A stretch of 64,000 bases of DNA, from positions 3,410,001 through 3,474,000 of the forward strand of contig CM102288.1 in the NCBI GenBank assembly GCA_046563655.1, given 5' to 3'. The stretch is from Yuukianura sp. NJ FZ-2021. Lineage: Eukaryota. Shown here piece after piece: positions 51,401 to 64,000 of this stretch. Both the position numbers and the translations under genes were made by a program. Numbering within the stretch: position 1 is the first letter of the stretch; the number at the start of each line of letters is the position of its first letter. The notes beneath the pieces are model-generated. The model worked only from the letters and a program-made list of their open reading frames with translations. It had not been told where the DNA came from and did not search any database.

Positions 51401-54400
51401 AGTAAGACTAGTGTTCTAGACCAATTGAGTATTCTAGACCACTTAAATGACTAATTACCAACGATTAATTACTGCAGAAGTGTCAGATGAAATAAGTGTT
51501 AGGCAGTCAGCACTTGGAAATGACTTTCCCACGCACGCGTGGCTCCACTCCACACCCAGTCAGTCGCCGTCATCATCATCATCATTGATGAATGAAACAA
51601 ACAGTCCGTTTTCCTCAAAATTTTTGCAATTTTGCAATTTTTTACAAGTTTGCTGGTTGTCTAAATTTTTCAAGTTTGAATGTCATTTTAAACTCTGTCA
51701 AAATCCACAATGGAAAATCTGCAACAAAAAATTGCAGATCTGTATGATGAAGTCTACCCGAATATCTTCTGTTTTTGCAATTTGAATTTCGCAATTTGCA
51801 AAAAATCAAAATTTTGACACATGCAAAGTAGAGTGGGGGCGGAAACCCCTCTGGGTTTGTTGTGTTTCTTTCTCTTCATGTTAAACTTGAGACTCATGGT
51901 TTAATAATTTGCAAAAAGTAGGTTTGGCGGGGGTGGGGGATGAAAGTACGGGGGCGGGGGTTTTTAACTGTTAAATTGGCGTAAATTGTGAAGTGGATGG
52001 ATGATGATTGGTGATAGGAGGAACACAAAGGACTCTTAAATCATTCTGGACACGATACAAAGGCCTATTCAAAAGCATTCCTTCAATTTACAGGCACAGC
52101 AGGACTCAGGTCCTTATTCGAAACGAGTCACTTTCGCCTAAACTTCCTTCGACTTTGCTCAAAATCGCTTCGTTTCTTACGAATCGCTGATTTTAAACTA
52201 TGTTCATCTGGAAGAACAAGCAGGATTTCCTGTTTAGTCATGCGCACTGCCTAAACTTTCACTTCATCGCACAGGAATCCAGTTCTGCAAAAACCGAAAG
52301 TCAAATTTTACGATTTTTGGTGAAATTCAAGATTTTTGATTTCTTGTTCCCACGTTTTTTGAAATTTTAGGATGAAACAACAACCTGCTGCTTTTTAAAC
52401 TCAAAATCCTTGGTGGAGAAAACCGGATTTTTTCTGGTCAATTGAAGTTGAAAAAAATCGAACAAAAGATTTTGAAATTTCAGCGCTCCTGGTTCTTTTC
52501 GGCATGAAATGGATTGAAAACGTGCTGTAGGTTAGTGTAGCACGGATTTGTGTGTCAAGATGAACCTGAGCTGATTGCATCTCGAATCTCACGCGTTTCT
52601 GACTTTCCTTTTTTGGACTTTTTTGAAAGTACCGCTTGCTCTGCGCAATGTCACTTTTTGAACTCTTGTCGTGCCTTTCTAAAGGAATTGGATAATTGAC
52701 ATTTTACGATTACGACTCTGGTCGAATGACTTTGGTTTCAAACGAAGTGCGAGACCAGCATCTCGTTGGTTAGGTTTTGAGGATTTTATGATTGGCTTTC
52801 ACTTTGATAAAAAAAAAGAGAAAAGTGATCTTGGGATAGTTTGGGATATCTTGGGATAGTTAGGATACAAAAGAGAGGATAATGGGGGATTGGAAAGATT
52901 CAATTTATGTTCCAAAGGAGGTTTTGTCTGGAAGTGTCCTCTGTCTATTGTCATCTTTTGTCCTTGGAAGTGTGAACGCACACAACTCTCGCTTTTTTGG
53001 CTGACATTTTGTTCTTTTCGAAAAAAAAATGTCCAAAAAGAAAAAAAATTGTCCAAAAAGAAAAGAAGTGGGCCAAAGAGAATTGAATTGTGCCAAGGGA
53101 TGATCTATGGTGTAGAAATGGCGGTTTATAGTGTTGGTTATGGCGGCGTCTCCGAAAACCTTGAAGAGCATTTGACACTTTTTAGTAGAAAAAAAGAAGA
53201 CAAAAGCAGTGAACAACTCCCTATTTTGGCAAGTCCTTTTTGGGTTCAAAAAGCGTTTTTGTAAAAAATTTGCAAAAAGTCACCCCCGCCCGGTCATGTA
53301 GAAAAGTGCACAACAATGAAAGGCTGATTGGGTTAATGGGATTAGCGGAATACAAAAGACCAAGGTTTTTGCAAATTCTGAAAATTTGCAAAAATTTGCC
53401 AAATTTGCAACCGTAAAGTCCTTGTGTCTGACACTAGATTTCAATGAGCAGATATTTTCGCAAATTCCCCAAAAAATGTAAAATGTGTGTGCTTCAAAAT
53501 GAGAACAAACTTTCCATAAAATTTCTATTTTTCAAAATTTGCCCACCCGAAGATTATGAAATCCAACTTTTAATTTGCTTCTTTCTTCGCTTTTTCGATT
53601 TTTTTATCATAAAAAATTGGAGGGAGAAACTATTTACTTTACGGTGGTGTTTGTTCTAGTGGAGTTTTTGAGGAAAGTGAAAGTCGAGAGCGTCTTGTGG
53701 GAAGGTTTTGATTTTGTTGAGAGAAAATTCTTTGGTTGATGTTCTTGACTACTTGAAAGGAGAGATGAAGAAGTGAAGTTTTTGCACAGCATCCAGCATC
53801 CCTGGTCCAGCATCTTCACAAAGTGCCTCTCTTGACGCCATGGAGCTTTGATTGACAGGGAGAAATGTTCAGAGCACCAGCTCCCTCCTTCCACCGACAC
53901 AAAATCATCGTTAAGGGCTTTACGAACTTCAGTCCATGGGCTGGGAATTGCTCAACTCTTTCAGACTTCAGGGATCGACTCAAGTCTTTGAGGATGTCCT
54001 CAAATTTTCACTAGCCCTCAGCTTTTAATCTCAGCTACTCAATTTGAAATTACGAACTGAAAATAGAAATACCGACTTGGCAACAGTCTGAACGTGACCT
54101 CGAGCAGAATCGGGATTGTTTTTTTTTCAAAAACGCAGGAAACAGATTTTCAATATTTCTGCAAATACTCTGGTTGGCTGAACGGCTGTTTTCGAAAAGA
54201 CCGTGATTATGGCTCAATGGCTATTTCAAAGATTGTTATTGGCTAATTGCCTATTTGCTAAGCATTGACTGATCATTTTGAGGAGGTTGAGTATTATTTC
54301 TACGAATCCTTTTCTGTTTTGAGTCTTTCCTCGATTCTTGAGTAAATTTGAGTATTTCCTCAAATTCTTAAGATCTCCTTAGCCTAATGTTGATTTGAAG

Positions 54401-57400
54401 GAGGATGAAGTTAGACGGAGGAAGTTCCCCTCGGAGTGTCCTCCTCTTCGGTTGGTTTTCTTGAGCTGTTTGAGTTGATTTGATGGTGAGCTGAAGATGA
54501 GTTGAGTTGTGTGTCGTTTATCATCATTTGATCAGAAGTCGTGGAGCTCTTAAGTTGATCAGAAGTGTCTCTAATGGTTTCCTAGGATCAACTGACCCCT
54601 GCCCCTTAAGTACCCCCGCGTCAATCCAAGTGAAATGGAGCCCCCCACATTCCCCCAAGTGAACTACCTTGCACTTTCTCTCTTTCTCCTCTGCACGCTC
54701 CCTGTCGTCTCTCCGCAGCAAAACCTCAGTAAGACACAAACTTCATTTCATTTCAATAAAAAAAATTTTAAGTTTTGCGATAAAATTTTCCAAAAGTTCA
54801 AAAATTTGGACTTTGCTGTGACACTTGAACCTGTCAGTGCTACACAAAATGACCGTAAATGAACTATTTTCAAGTTTTTAAAGTTGATGAAGGCGTGTAC
54901 GGCAAAATTTTGACTGACCTCAAAAGAAGAATTTGGATTTTTTTTACTACTTTTGGCGTTTTTTTGTTGAAACGTAAAAATCAAAATTTGTTGCTTTTTT
55001 AATTTCACAGCATTTTCTGACTTAGCAACTACCAAAATTATCCTTCAAAAAGTCATAAATTTCAGTCAAGTTTACGAAGGAGGGTGAGGGCGTGTGTACG
55101 ACTTGAGAAAAACAGAAATTTTTTCTTGGAATTCGATTTTAAAAATACTGTTTTCTCAAGCGCCAACCGGATCGTTTTTCTGAAATTTTTGCCAAGGCGG
55201 TTTTCGTTAAGCCGCTGATTTTTTTAACAAAATTTTGGCACGCTTTTGGCCTAGTTTTAAGAATATGCTAACCATTAAAATATCAGTAGGGTGTTAAATT
55301 CTTGGTGTGCAGGCTCCCGAGACAGTCCAGGCTTAAACCAATTCCTGTTTTTCTAAAAAAGAAGGTCAAGTATTTTTAAAACGTCCGATTGAACAAGATC
55401 AAGTACGCTTTTAAAACAAATTTAGAACAAACCGTTTTGTTTTAAAAAAGGAGGAAATGGATGTAAAAAAGATGAAAAGTATTTTAAGTGAGACTTTTTT
55501 GAAAGATTTAAAGACTCAGCTTCAAAAAAACTGAAAAAAAAAGCAAGACGTTTGGCAGAAGTGAGAGAGAAATGGAGCAGCTGGATTGAAAATCAAAATC
55601 CGATTTTCGGATTTGTTTCAGAACCGGGTTTTCTTGTGTCACTTTTAATCGGATTGGACATGAGGATTGTCAAATGTCAATCTGGAATTCATTGAGGCTT
55701 GGAACTTACAAGGCTCCTTTGAACCGTGAGACTTTTTTAGAACAAGCTTAGAGCCCCGAGAGTGTCACTTTTTAAAAAACGATTTGAAAGAGCAGAACAG
55801 TTCGTTAATACGGCCAAAGCCTATGGTTATGCCTGTCTAATCTTGGACAGAGTCTTGTTTAAAAAAGCGTCTGAGAATTTAGAACAGGAATTTTAGAACA
55901 AGCTGTAGTAAGCTGATCTCTGAATTCCAAAAAGAAAAGTTGTCAAAGGTCGAAGGGCGAATTCTACCATCATTTGCATATGGAATTTTCAAAAAACTTT
56001 CTTGGACATTTTGACTTTTAGAAATTCACGTTCACACGACAAATTTTTTTGAACTTCGGTCTCTGAACTTTACCCTTTGAATAATTTGGGGAGTATAATT
56101 CAAAATTGTTGAAATACGGCGGAATTTTGGGGGTGGAAACAGAAAATTTTTGACGTTTTTTATGTTTTGTGTTTTTGCTTTCCGAAACTTGCTTTTTTGT
56201 TTTTGAATTTTCGTTTTTGGGGTGGTTTGTGTGGTTTTTGAGGGAATGTGGAATTGAAAAGCTTTTGAATTTTGAAAGTTGGGTTTGGCGGGGCTGGGCC
56301 TGTTTGTTTAGAACAGAAGAGGGAAATTTTGAATTTGAATGACGGAGTTAAGAGAGGGTAATTGATGAGAGTTAGAACAAAAGGCAGAAGATGCAAAGGG
56401 GAGGATGCAGAGAAGATGCATTTTTGTGTAGATCTTGTTTACAGATGAACAGATATATTTTTAGACCACTTAATTTACATATAATGCCGTCCAAGGACTC
56501 TACTTTCTCATCTTTTAAACATTTCCAAAATCTAAAAAAATCAAACTAGTTTTTCACATCGCATTTCAAATTTGACTTTGATGAAATCCGAGCCTGAGGG
56601 GAGGGAGGGGGTTAATCAAATCGGAATTTGATTTTTTTTTTGAAAAGTTAGAATTTTGTTTTTCTAAAAAGTGGTTTTCCCTCCGTCGAACAGAACCGTG
56701 GACTCCAGGGGGCAGCAGTGGTGGTGCTACCTGTGGGCGTGACGAATTTAAATGTCGCCGGAGCCTGCTTTGTATTCCCGTGTCCAGCCTTTGTGATGGA
56801 TCCTTCGACTGTGGGCCGAATGACAAATCGGACGAGGACTTCGGATGTCGTGAGTTGACGTAAATTTACAATTAGAATCTTCTGCGTCGCCGCCATTTTG
56901 TCCTGTCCATGTCACCTTGTCACCCGGAGTTACTCGGGCTTCTGTCGCTTCCGTGGTTTCCGTCCAGAGGTTGCGTTCCGGGGATGGTGGTGGTTACATG
57001 TCGACGGTTACGGTTGGGGTTGTCCTTGTGGTGGTTACAATATAATGTGTGGTTACGTCTTGTTTTGCTATTTTTGTTGGTGGGTTTCCTGTTGTTCTTG
57101 TCTTGCTGGGTGGTTAAATGGCGGTTATACGTATTGGGTGGTTACTTGGTGGTTAAATGTTTGCTGGCTACCTGGTGGTTACATATTGGGTGGTTACTCT
57201 GTTTCTACGGTGGCTGACTTCTTGGCTACTTCGCAATGACTTCCAGACGATCCTGTTCAAATAAACAGTTCAGGAGATACAAATAGCATTGCGAAGGTCA
57301 CGTGTTAGGTGGTGATGGCAGATTTTACATGTTCTAAATCTTTTTTGTTCAAACCTTGTTTTAAAAAATGTGAAAATTCAAAAAATGTGACCTATTTTGT

Positions 57401-60400
57401 TCTACAGCGTGTTCAAATGAACAGTTTAAGTGCGGCTCAGGAGTATGCATAGACCGAGCCAACGTCTGCGACGGCCTCGTCCAATGTAGTGATCGCAGTG
57501 ACGAACGGAATTGTCGTAAGTCTCATGACGCAAATCCCCGTACCAGGAGAATCCCACTGTTCTAACCCGTTTGAACAAACTTTTGTTTAAACAAAGTCAA
57601 ACAGTACTCCCTTGTTCAGTTTGTTTAGTTCTGAGAATGAGTATGGCAAAAATTGACGTTTAGAGAAAATTAGTTTTCAAAAAATTTGCACTCTGAAATT
57701 TGCAAAACGTTTTTTGTAATTTTCTTGTACTTGGGATTTCCTTGTGTCGCTCTGTCCATGCTGTGTCATGTTGTAAAATGTTTTTGTGATTGACGTGACT
57801 TGTTTATGTTTTAAGTGTAGGGTGTGAAGTAATTTGTTAATTGTTAAACAGGGGCTGTCACTTGAACACAGCAGTTGTTTATTGTTTATGTTGTTTGTGT
57901 GTGTTGTTTAAAGTGGTTTTGGGTTTCTTTGTGTCTTGTCACGGTTTAATCTAAATGTTAATTAACTTTAACCCTCCCTTCGCAGTGGGGGGCACAAGTA
58001 CCTAACACTTGAAAACATCAAGTGTAAAAAACACTTATGAAATGGTGGCGGTGATACACTTGATTAACGGTTACTTGAGATGTTAAGTTAAAGTTAACCT
58101 TAATCTGCGAGGTGTTGGTCATTAACACGAATTTGACCTCTTCTAACACGTTAAGGAGATTTTCCGAAATTGGTTTTGGTTGGATTTGGATTTGGATTTT
58201 ACAGATAAAAATTTCTGCAATTTGAAAGTTTTTGTAAAAAGGTATTTTGAGTTCAAAATTTTGAAAAATTTGGTTCAAACTTTTCAGCTCCAAAACGCTG
58301 TAGCAGTTCGGAGTTTACGTGTCATTCCGACGGCGCTTGCGTTCCAGCCTCTGCAAAATGTAACCAGCGTCGTGACTGTCAAGACGGAAGCGATGAAGCC
58401 AATTGCGGTAAGTATACTACGCAAAAGCGTAACTTACAAAACTAACTACACAAACTTTTTTAGGTTTCGCACTTTAAGTTTAAAAATTTGAAAGACTAGG
58501 CAAATACGAAGATGAAAATCAAAAATTCAGATTCTAAATTCTGAAAAAGACACTAAAGAAAGCATTTTATAACGATTTTTTGAAAAACCGAATTTCGACG
58601 AATGAAAACTGCACATAAGCTTAGTTTTTATTGTGAAAAACATTCATATTTTCTTTAGACTTTGAGAATTTTGAGAATTTGTGTTTGTTTCCAAGTTTGT
58701 TGAGAGGAACCGAGGCACGTTCTTCCTGTCAATTGTGATTTAGGCAAGACTTAAGTCTCTTAACGTTTTGCTTGGAGCAAAAGAAAAGCAGAAGAGCGGA
58801 TGTGCCTCAAGTGCCATTTCTTATTTGTTTTTCACGATAATATGCGCAAGAGTCATTAATTACATGCGCCATTTATGGACTTCTCCAAGATCCTCTAAAA
58901 CACTCAATTTATGGCAGATCTTCTGAGACTAAAAAACTAAGACTTTGGAAGAGAAGATGAAGAGATCAAGTGGAGAGTAGCCTCTATTTCATCATTTGTC
59001 TTCATTTCTTCATCTCCATCATCCTAACTATTATTATAATTAAATTGCTACTAGACTACCTTGAGGTCAGGTCATTCGCAATTATACTCCCACGCATAGG
59101 CTCACAATTTATCAAAAAATGCTTAAATTATGACAAGTTTCTGAAATTTTTAAATTTGAAGAGTCAATTAATCCCGAAGATCAAAGATCAACAGGTTGGA
59201 GATTAATCAAATTTTTCCATGATTTGGGAAGATCCAATTAATTTTGGGATCAGGGGGTCAATTAGCTTGTTTGTTTTTTCATAATTTTTTGAAATTTGAA
59301 TTTGTGCAATTTTTATAATTTGCTTTTGGTTTGACCTGTAGTGACCCCAAGCTGTCGCCAGAATGAATATAGGTGTGAGCAGGGCGGTCAATGCCTGAGT
59401 ATCAACCGACGCTGTGACAGACAGGAGGATTGTCCTGGAGGGGATGATGAGCGTGGGTGTGGATTTCCAGCGCCACCAGGTAAATCGCTTCAAGCGTTTT
59501 AGAAAACAGCGATTTGTTTTTAGAAGAAGCGGAAGTGAAAGTTGAAAGTGATTGGTTGGATTTTTATTGTGAAAAGAGAAGGAAGCATGCATATTCCTTC
59601 CTAGAGGCTATTTGCATTTAATATTTCAAGGCAAAGGAGACTGTTTCAAACAAACTTTTCAAAATAACGCGTTTTTAAAAAAAGTGAAAGTCAAACAGTT
59701 CTAGAATAGGCAAATATTTAGTAAAGTGAAGAGAAAGTTGAAATTTTTTATTGAAAATTTTGATTTTGATTTGCCGTTTTCCAGAACCTGCGCAATGCAC
59801 AAGTTTTCAGTTTAGATGTCGAGACGGAACCTGTATTGATAGCATTCTCAAATGCGATGGATTTTCAGATTGTCCAGGTCAGTACTTCAAAAAAAAGTTT
59901 ATAAGATTCGAAAAATTTTGAACTTTTTTCAATTCTAAAATGGCTTTTGAATTTCAGACAACACGGATGAAGACGCCACGACTTGTCCAGGTTTGTACTT
60001 TGTTTAAAATGTCTATATGGCTTGTGTAAAGTATCGAATTTTCTTAAGCTAGGTTTAGCTTGGCGCCAAAATTATTTAGAACGAATGACAAATTGTTGTT
60101 GACCAAATGACACTGTGGGTGTTTTTTATGTTGATCAAATGTGCACTTTCATGTCTGTGACAGGATTTGAGATGAGATGTCGATCGTATGAGTTTGAGTG
60201 TTTCGATCGCAGTAGTTGCATCAGTGATACACTCAAGTGCGACGGTGTGCCTGACTGCAGGGATCGAAGTGACGAGCACCCTGACTTATGTCGAGGTAGT
60301 TAGCCACAGTGCCAAATGCCGCTGCATGTTGACCTGCTTTAACTGTTGACCTCTGTGTGACCTCTTAGGGTCAAAGTCATGTGCCAACTGGGAGTTCCAG

Positions 60401-63400
60401 TGTGATGATGGGCGCTGCATTGAGAAGGAACTCATGTGTAACGGCCGATTTGACTGCTTCTCAGGAATTGATGAACGAAACTGCAGTAGGTTCAGCCAGT
60501 ACATTTTAAAATGCTTCCAGGAGCCGAGAGCTGTGCCTCCTGGTTAGATTAGGCAATAGCTTAATCTACTCCTAAGCAAAAGAAAAACCGGGTTTCATTT
60601 GGAGATCATACTCCAAAAAGAGTTTAGATTAAGCTAATTTTTAGTTTAGCTTTAATCCCATTTTCGGTTCAAATACGGAGCGCGGCGGACAGTGTTCCCA
60701 ATGGGAACTTGCTCCTTAGGGAGACGGCTCTGAGTTCAAAACCTGCAGCAGCTATAATTTTTTTATTTTGTCAGAACGTGCCTACTCATATAATACTGCC
60801 TTTCAGAGATGGCAGGTGACCCCAACATGTCGAAGTAAGGTCAAAGGTCAAGCCAAATTCGGTTGACCCCTCGTGACCTCAAATATTAACTGCATAAAGT
60901 GGTTTCCTTAAGAAAACACTCACAATATGCATAACACAAGACCATGCGTGACCCAGCTGAGGTCAACATGACATTTTTAGTTTGAAGTGACCTGACCTTT
61001 GACCTTACAGGAATGCCATTAGATCTTACATTGAATTGAACAACGAAATTAAAGCTGACAAGCATTAAAACTCACTCTAGATGTCAAGAGGGGTCATTTA
61101 CAGTTGACCTGAGCTTTGACCTTGCCGAGGTCAAAGGTCAGGTCGCGGGAATATGTATCGTACATGAGATATATTATCTACTTAATCGAAACAAGTTTGT
61201 TATGTGTCATTTTTCAGGTCAAGGCCATCAAATTTGAAGCAAAACGAACTTTTTTTGCATTAACCCAAAAGATAAAACTGCTCCGGAGTGGTTTTTGTTT
61301 CAGCATCAAAATCTGGTTAGATTAGGAAGGTGTGATCTCTGAAACTCTTAATCGGTATTAATTTTCTGGGTGATCACATTCTAACCAGATTTTTTTGGGT
61401 TAGCTTACGATTATCTCAAGATTAGAGATAATCGGAAAAATTCCGATTAGTGGTTTCGGTGTGCTCGTCCTTTTTTCTTAATCGGGAAATAAATTCCGAT
61501 TATCCAGGCACAGCTCTCGGCTCCAGCACATTATGTTGAAGTAGGGACGACAAGCCTAACTGAACCTAAGAATCTTAGCATTTGAAGTTGGCTTTATAGA
61601 ATATTACAAATGTGACGGTCGTCCTTACTTCAACCTTCTAAATGTCGTCCTATCACCGGGGCTTAAATTTTATGTCGCTCTTGCTTTGTTTCTTGCATTT
61701 TGTGAATAGCGTTATGTCGTCCGGGAGAGTTCCGGTGTGTCAGTGGAGGCTGCATTCAGTGGAGTCAGCGGTGTGACTACATTCCAGACTGTCGGTAATT
61801 GACACTTTGCGACCACTTTTTCTGGACATCACGTGATGTTACTCGGCGACATTTCATTACGACATTTCTGTTGAAAATTTTCAGAGACAACAGTGACGAA
61901 GACCCGTCCATGTGCTGTAAGTTGCTTTTCTTGGTTGCAATTCGCGCATGATTTGTGCAAGGCACTTGTTCCCAATCATTGCTTTTGCATGGCGATGAAA
62001 TTTAAAAACTTTGAAAAAAAAGAATTCAAAAACGAAATGCCGCTAGACGAAATTTGAACTAACGCGCCGGTATTGCAGTTATTTTGCGGTAGTTAGTGTG
62101 GCATTGTAATACCAGACTAAACTAGTACTTCAAAATTTTGGTGTTGGTTTCATGTGTTAAATGTTAATTTAATTGTGTTAATTGTAATTAATGTGGAGGT
62201 GACTTACTCTGGTAGTGGTTAATTGTAAATTGTGTAGTTTAATTGTAATTAATTGTGTTGGTGTTAACTAATTAACTTAACTTAGATGGTCTATGTGGTG
62301 ACGAGGATGTGCTGTGTGGCGATGGTATAACTTGTGTTAAGGGTCCCAACAAGTGTGACGGTACTTGTGACTGCCCGGGGTGCGAAGATGAGCGTGAGAG
62401 CTGTTACGACCAAGGCGGAACCCCAAGCCCCCCAGAGGTCACGCGTAAGTACATGCTACAAGGGGTTGCCTACGCCTGACTAACCTAACATCAACTAACT
62501 GCTAAGCAGTTTAACCTAAAAGTGTTACTAATCAATGTTAACCTAATGTAAATCAACAAATTAGGCTAAGTTAACCTAACTCTTCAGCGTCGTCGGAAAG
62601 TTTAGCACACCTTTGCTTGTAACTTAAGTTTGTAGATGTTAGTTCAGAAAGACTTGAATTGGCTCTGGAAATTCTTAAGATTTCAGACTTTTAACCAAAA
62701 CTTTTTGAAAAAGTTTGGATTTTGTTTTCAAAATTTGGCTTAATTTGTGTAAATTTTTGTTAGCGAGACCCACTCCACCGCCCATCCAGTGTTCCTTTGG
62801 CCAATTCCGATGTCGAGATGGAACTTGCATTAGTCAACTGGAGCGATGTCAAGGGAAAGTGGACTGTCCAGACTCCTCAGATGAAGAGGGATGCAGTAAG
62901 GACTAAAATACTTTAAATTTAATTGTATTTAATTAATTGAGTTAAAATTAACTATCCCTCTCTTTTTCAAACATTTTGCGGCACATCAAACGCAAAAGGT
63001 TTCAAAAAGTTTAAGTCAATGGCCCAATTTCTAAAGAGATTTATTGACGTTCTTTTCAGTTGCTTGTCTCGATTCTTTTCGATGTTCAAATGGCCAGTGC
63101 ATTGACAACAGATACAAGTAAGGTCACTTTGAAACGCGTGGAAAAGGTCAAAGGTCAAATTTTGAATTTTTAACTTTAGATGTGATGGTACTCCGCAATG
63201 TCCGAATGGCGATGACGAACAGAACTGCGGATCTACTTGCAGTCGAGACCAGTTTTCATGTGCAAATGGCCAGTGTATTCCGCTTCTCTACAAATGCGAT
63301 TCCGTTCCAGATTGTGCTGATGGCACAGGTAAAATAAAATTTTCCAATGAAAAAACGAAAAAAGTAAAATTTTGCAGCGACAAAATTTCTTGTACTTTTT

Positions 63401-64000
63401 AATTTTTAGACGAAACACCAGAAACATGTCCAGGTAATTTCAGGCATTTTTTACAGTGCGAAATTTCGAAGTTTTTGTCTAATTTAAAGGACTAAAACAC
63501 CAAATTTTCCGTTTTCTGTTTCAGATGTGATGATCTGTGCTGCAGATGAGTTCAAGTGCATTGCAGGCGGATGCAGTGAGTGACCTTACAAAATAAAAAC
63601 TGAAAAGTTAGTGTACTAAAAAAGTTTTTTGCATTTTTTTGAAATAGTTCCTCGTGAGAAATTGTGTGACCAAAGGTTTGACTGTGCTGGTAAGACGGAC
63701 ATTGCTACAGCTACTCATGAGAGGCACAAAAAAACTCAGCGAACTAACTTTGAAATTAAATTTAAAACGAAAAATTTCTGCATTTTGGATTTTTAGATGG
63801 GTCCGATGAGGTTTCAGCAAGTTGTCCGCCAGGTTAACAAAATTTTTACATTTCAAAGCAAACCTTGATTCTGATCATTTCGATGATCAGCTCGATCAGT
63901 GTTTGCATTCCCTAATCATCTTTTTCGAAATTTTTAATTTTTTCCAGCATGTCGCGAAGATCAGTTTCGTTGCGTCAAAGACGGAACCTGCGTTCCGTTG
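48403..64000 (+). CDS. trol: Perlecan / basement-membrane heparan sulfate proteoglycan core protein, 5' portion (runs off the window end)
   Basis: Acidic Ser-Gly GAG sites ([18 protein letters not shown]) and a Thr-rich segment; SEA-like domain ([16 protein letters not shown]...VQVTFDL, 48902-49388). Then more than 15 LDL-receptor class A repeats, e.g. [35 protein letters not shown] and [35 protein letters not shown]. Ig and laminin domains are not reached in this window, so the identity rests on domain order. Confidence 0.85.
56990..57196 (+). repeat. Intronic cluster of 8 GTGGTTA motifs
   Basis: GTGGTTA at 56990, 57031, 57049, 57110, 57138, 57149, 57175 and 57190, all on the + strand with irregular spacing. 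Confidence 0.75.
60521..61523. mobile_element. Non-autonomous Harbinger-like DNA transposon with CAG TSD, 1003 bp, in a perlecan intron
   Basis: Perfect 18-bp TIR GAGCCGAGAGCTGTGCCT (60521-60538) / AGGCACAGCTCTCGGCTC (61506-61523). CAG immediately on both sides (60518-60520, 61524-61526); no coding capacity. Confidence 0.8.

Noticed and set aside
53793..53818. About 26-nt near-match (CCAGCATCCCTGGTCCA..ATCTTCA) to 37956-37981
   Set aside because: A single short match with no extended similarity or interpretable structure.
56898..57239. W/G/C/Y-rich plus-strand ORFs
   Set aside because: By-product of the GT-rich motif cluster; no ATG or splice context and no domain.
57247..57296. Possible extra perlecan exon resembling the start of the next LDLa exon (CSNKQFR versus CSNEQFK)
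   Set aside because: Wrong phase, length not a multiple of 3, and an early stop in the LDLa frame; at most a decayed partial duplicate.

Overview
AT-rich, intron-dense eukaryotic DNA from a compact animal genome. The gene set and protein motifs look arthropod-like; the species cannot be determined from the sequence alone. Genes in order: 5' part of an unidentified spliced gene (-), an SLC38A11-like amino acid transporter (-), VPS50/syndetin (+), a neprilysin-2-like M13 peptidase (-), cystathionine gamma-lyase (-), a NUDT18-like Nudix hydrolase (+), and the 5' portion of perlecan (HSPG2/trol; GAG-attachment region, SEA domain, many LDLa exons) (+). An intronless gene for an unrecognised, putatively GPI-anchored protein lies antisense just upstream of the first confident perlecan exon, probably in intron 1. 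The most striking non-coding feature is an intact 526-bp miniature LTR retroelement (TRIM) in neprilysin intron 1. It has two apparently identical 238-bp TG...CA LTRs, each carrying a tRNA-like Pol III cassette, plus a tRNA-Phe primer-binding site, a polypurine tract and a 4-bp TSD (Helenus/Cassandra-type architecture). Also present are two non-autonomous PIF/Harbinger-like elements (TTA and CAG TSDs) and at least 17 perfect copies of the DR1-type motif TGACCTTTGACC, on both strands. All exon structures and alignments were done by eye.
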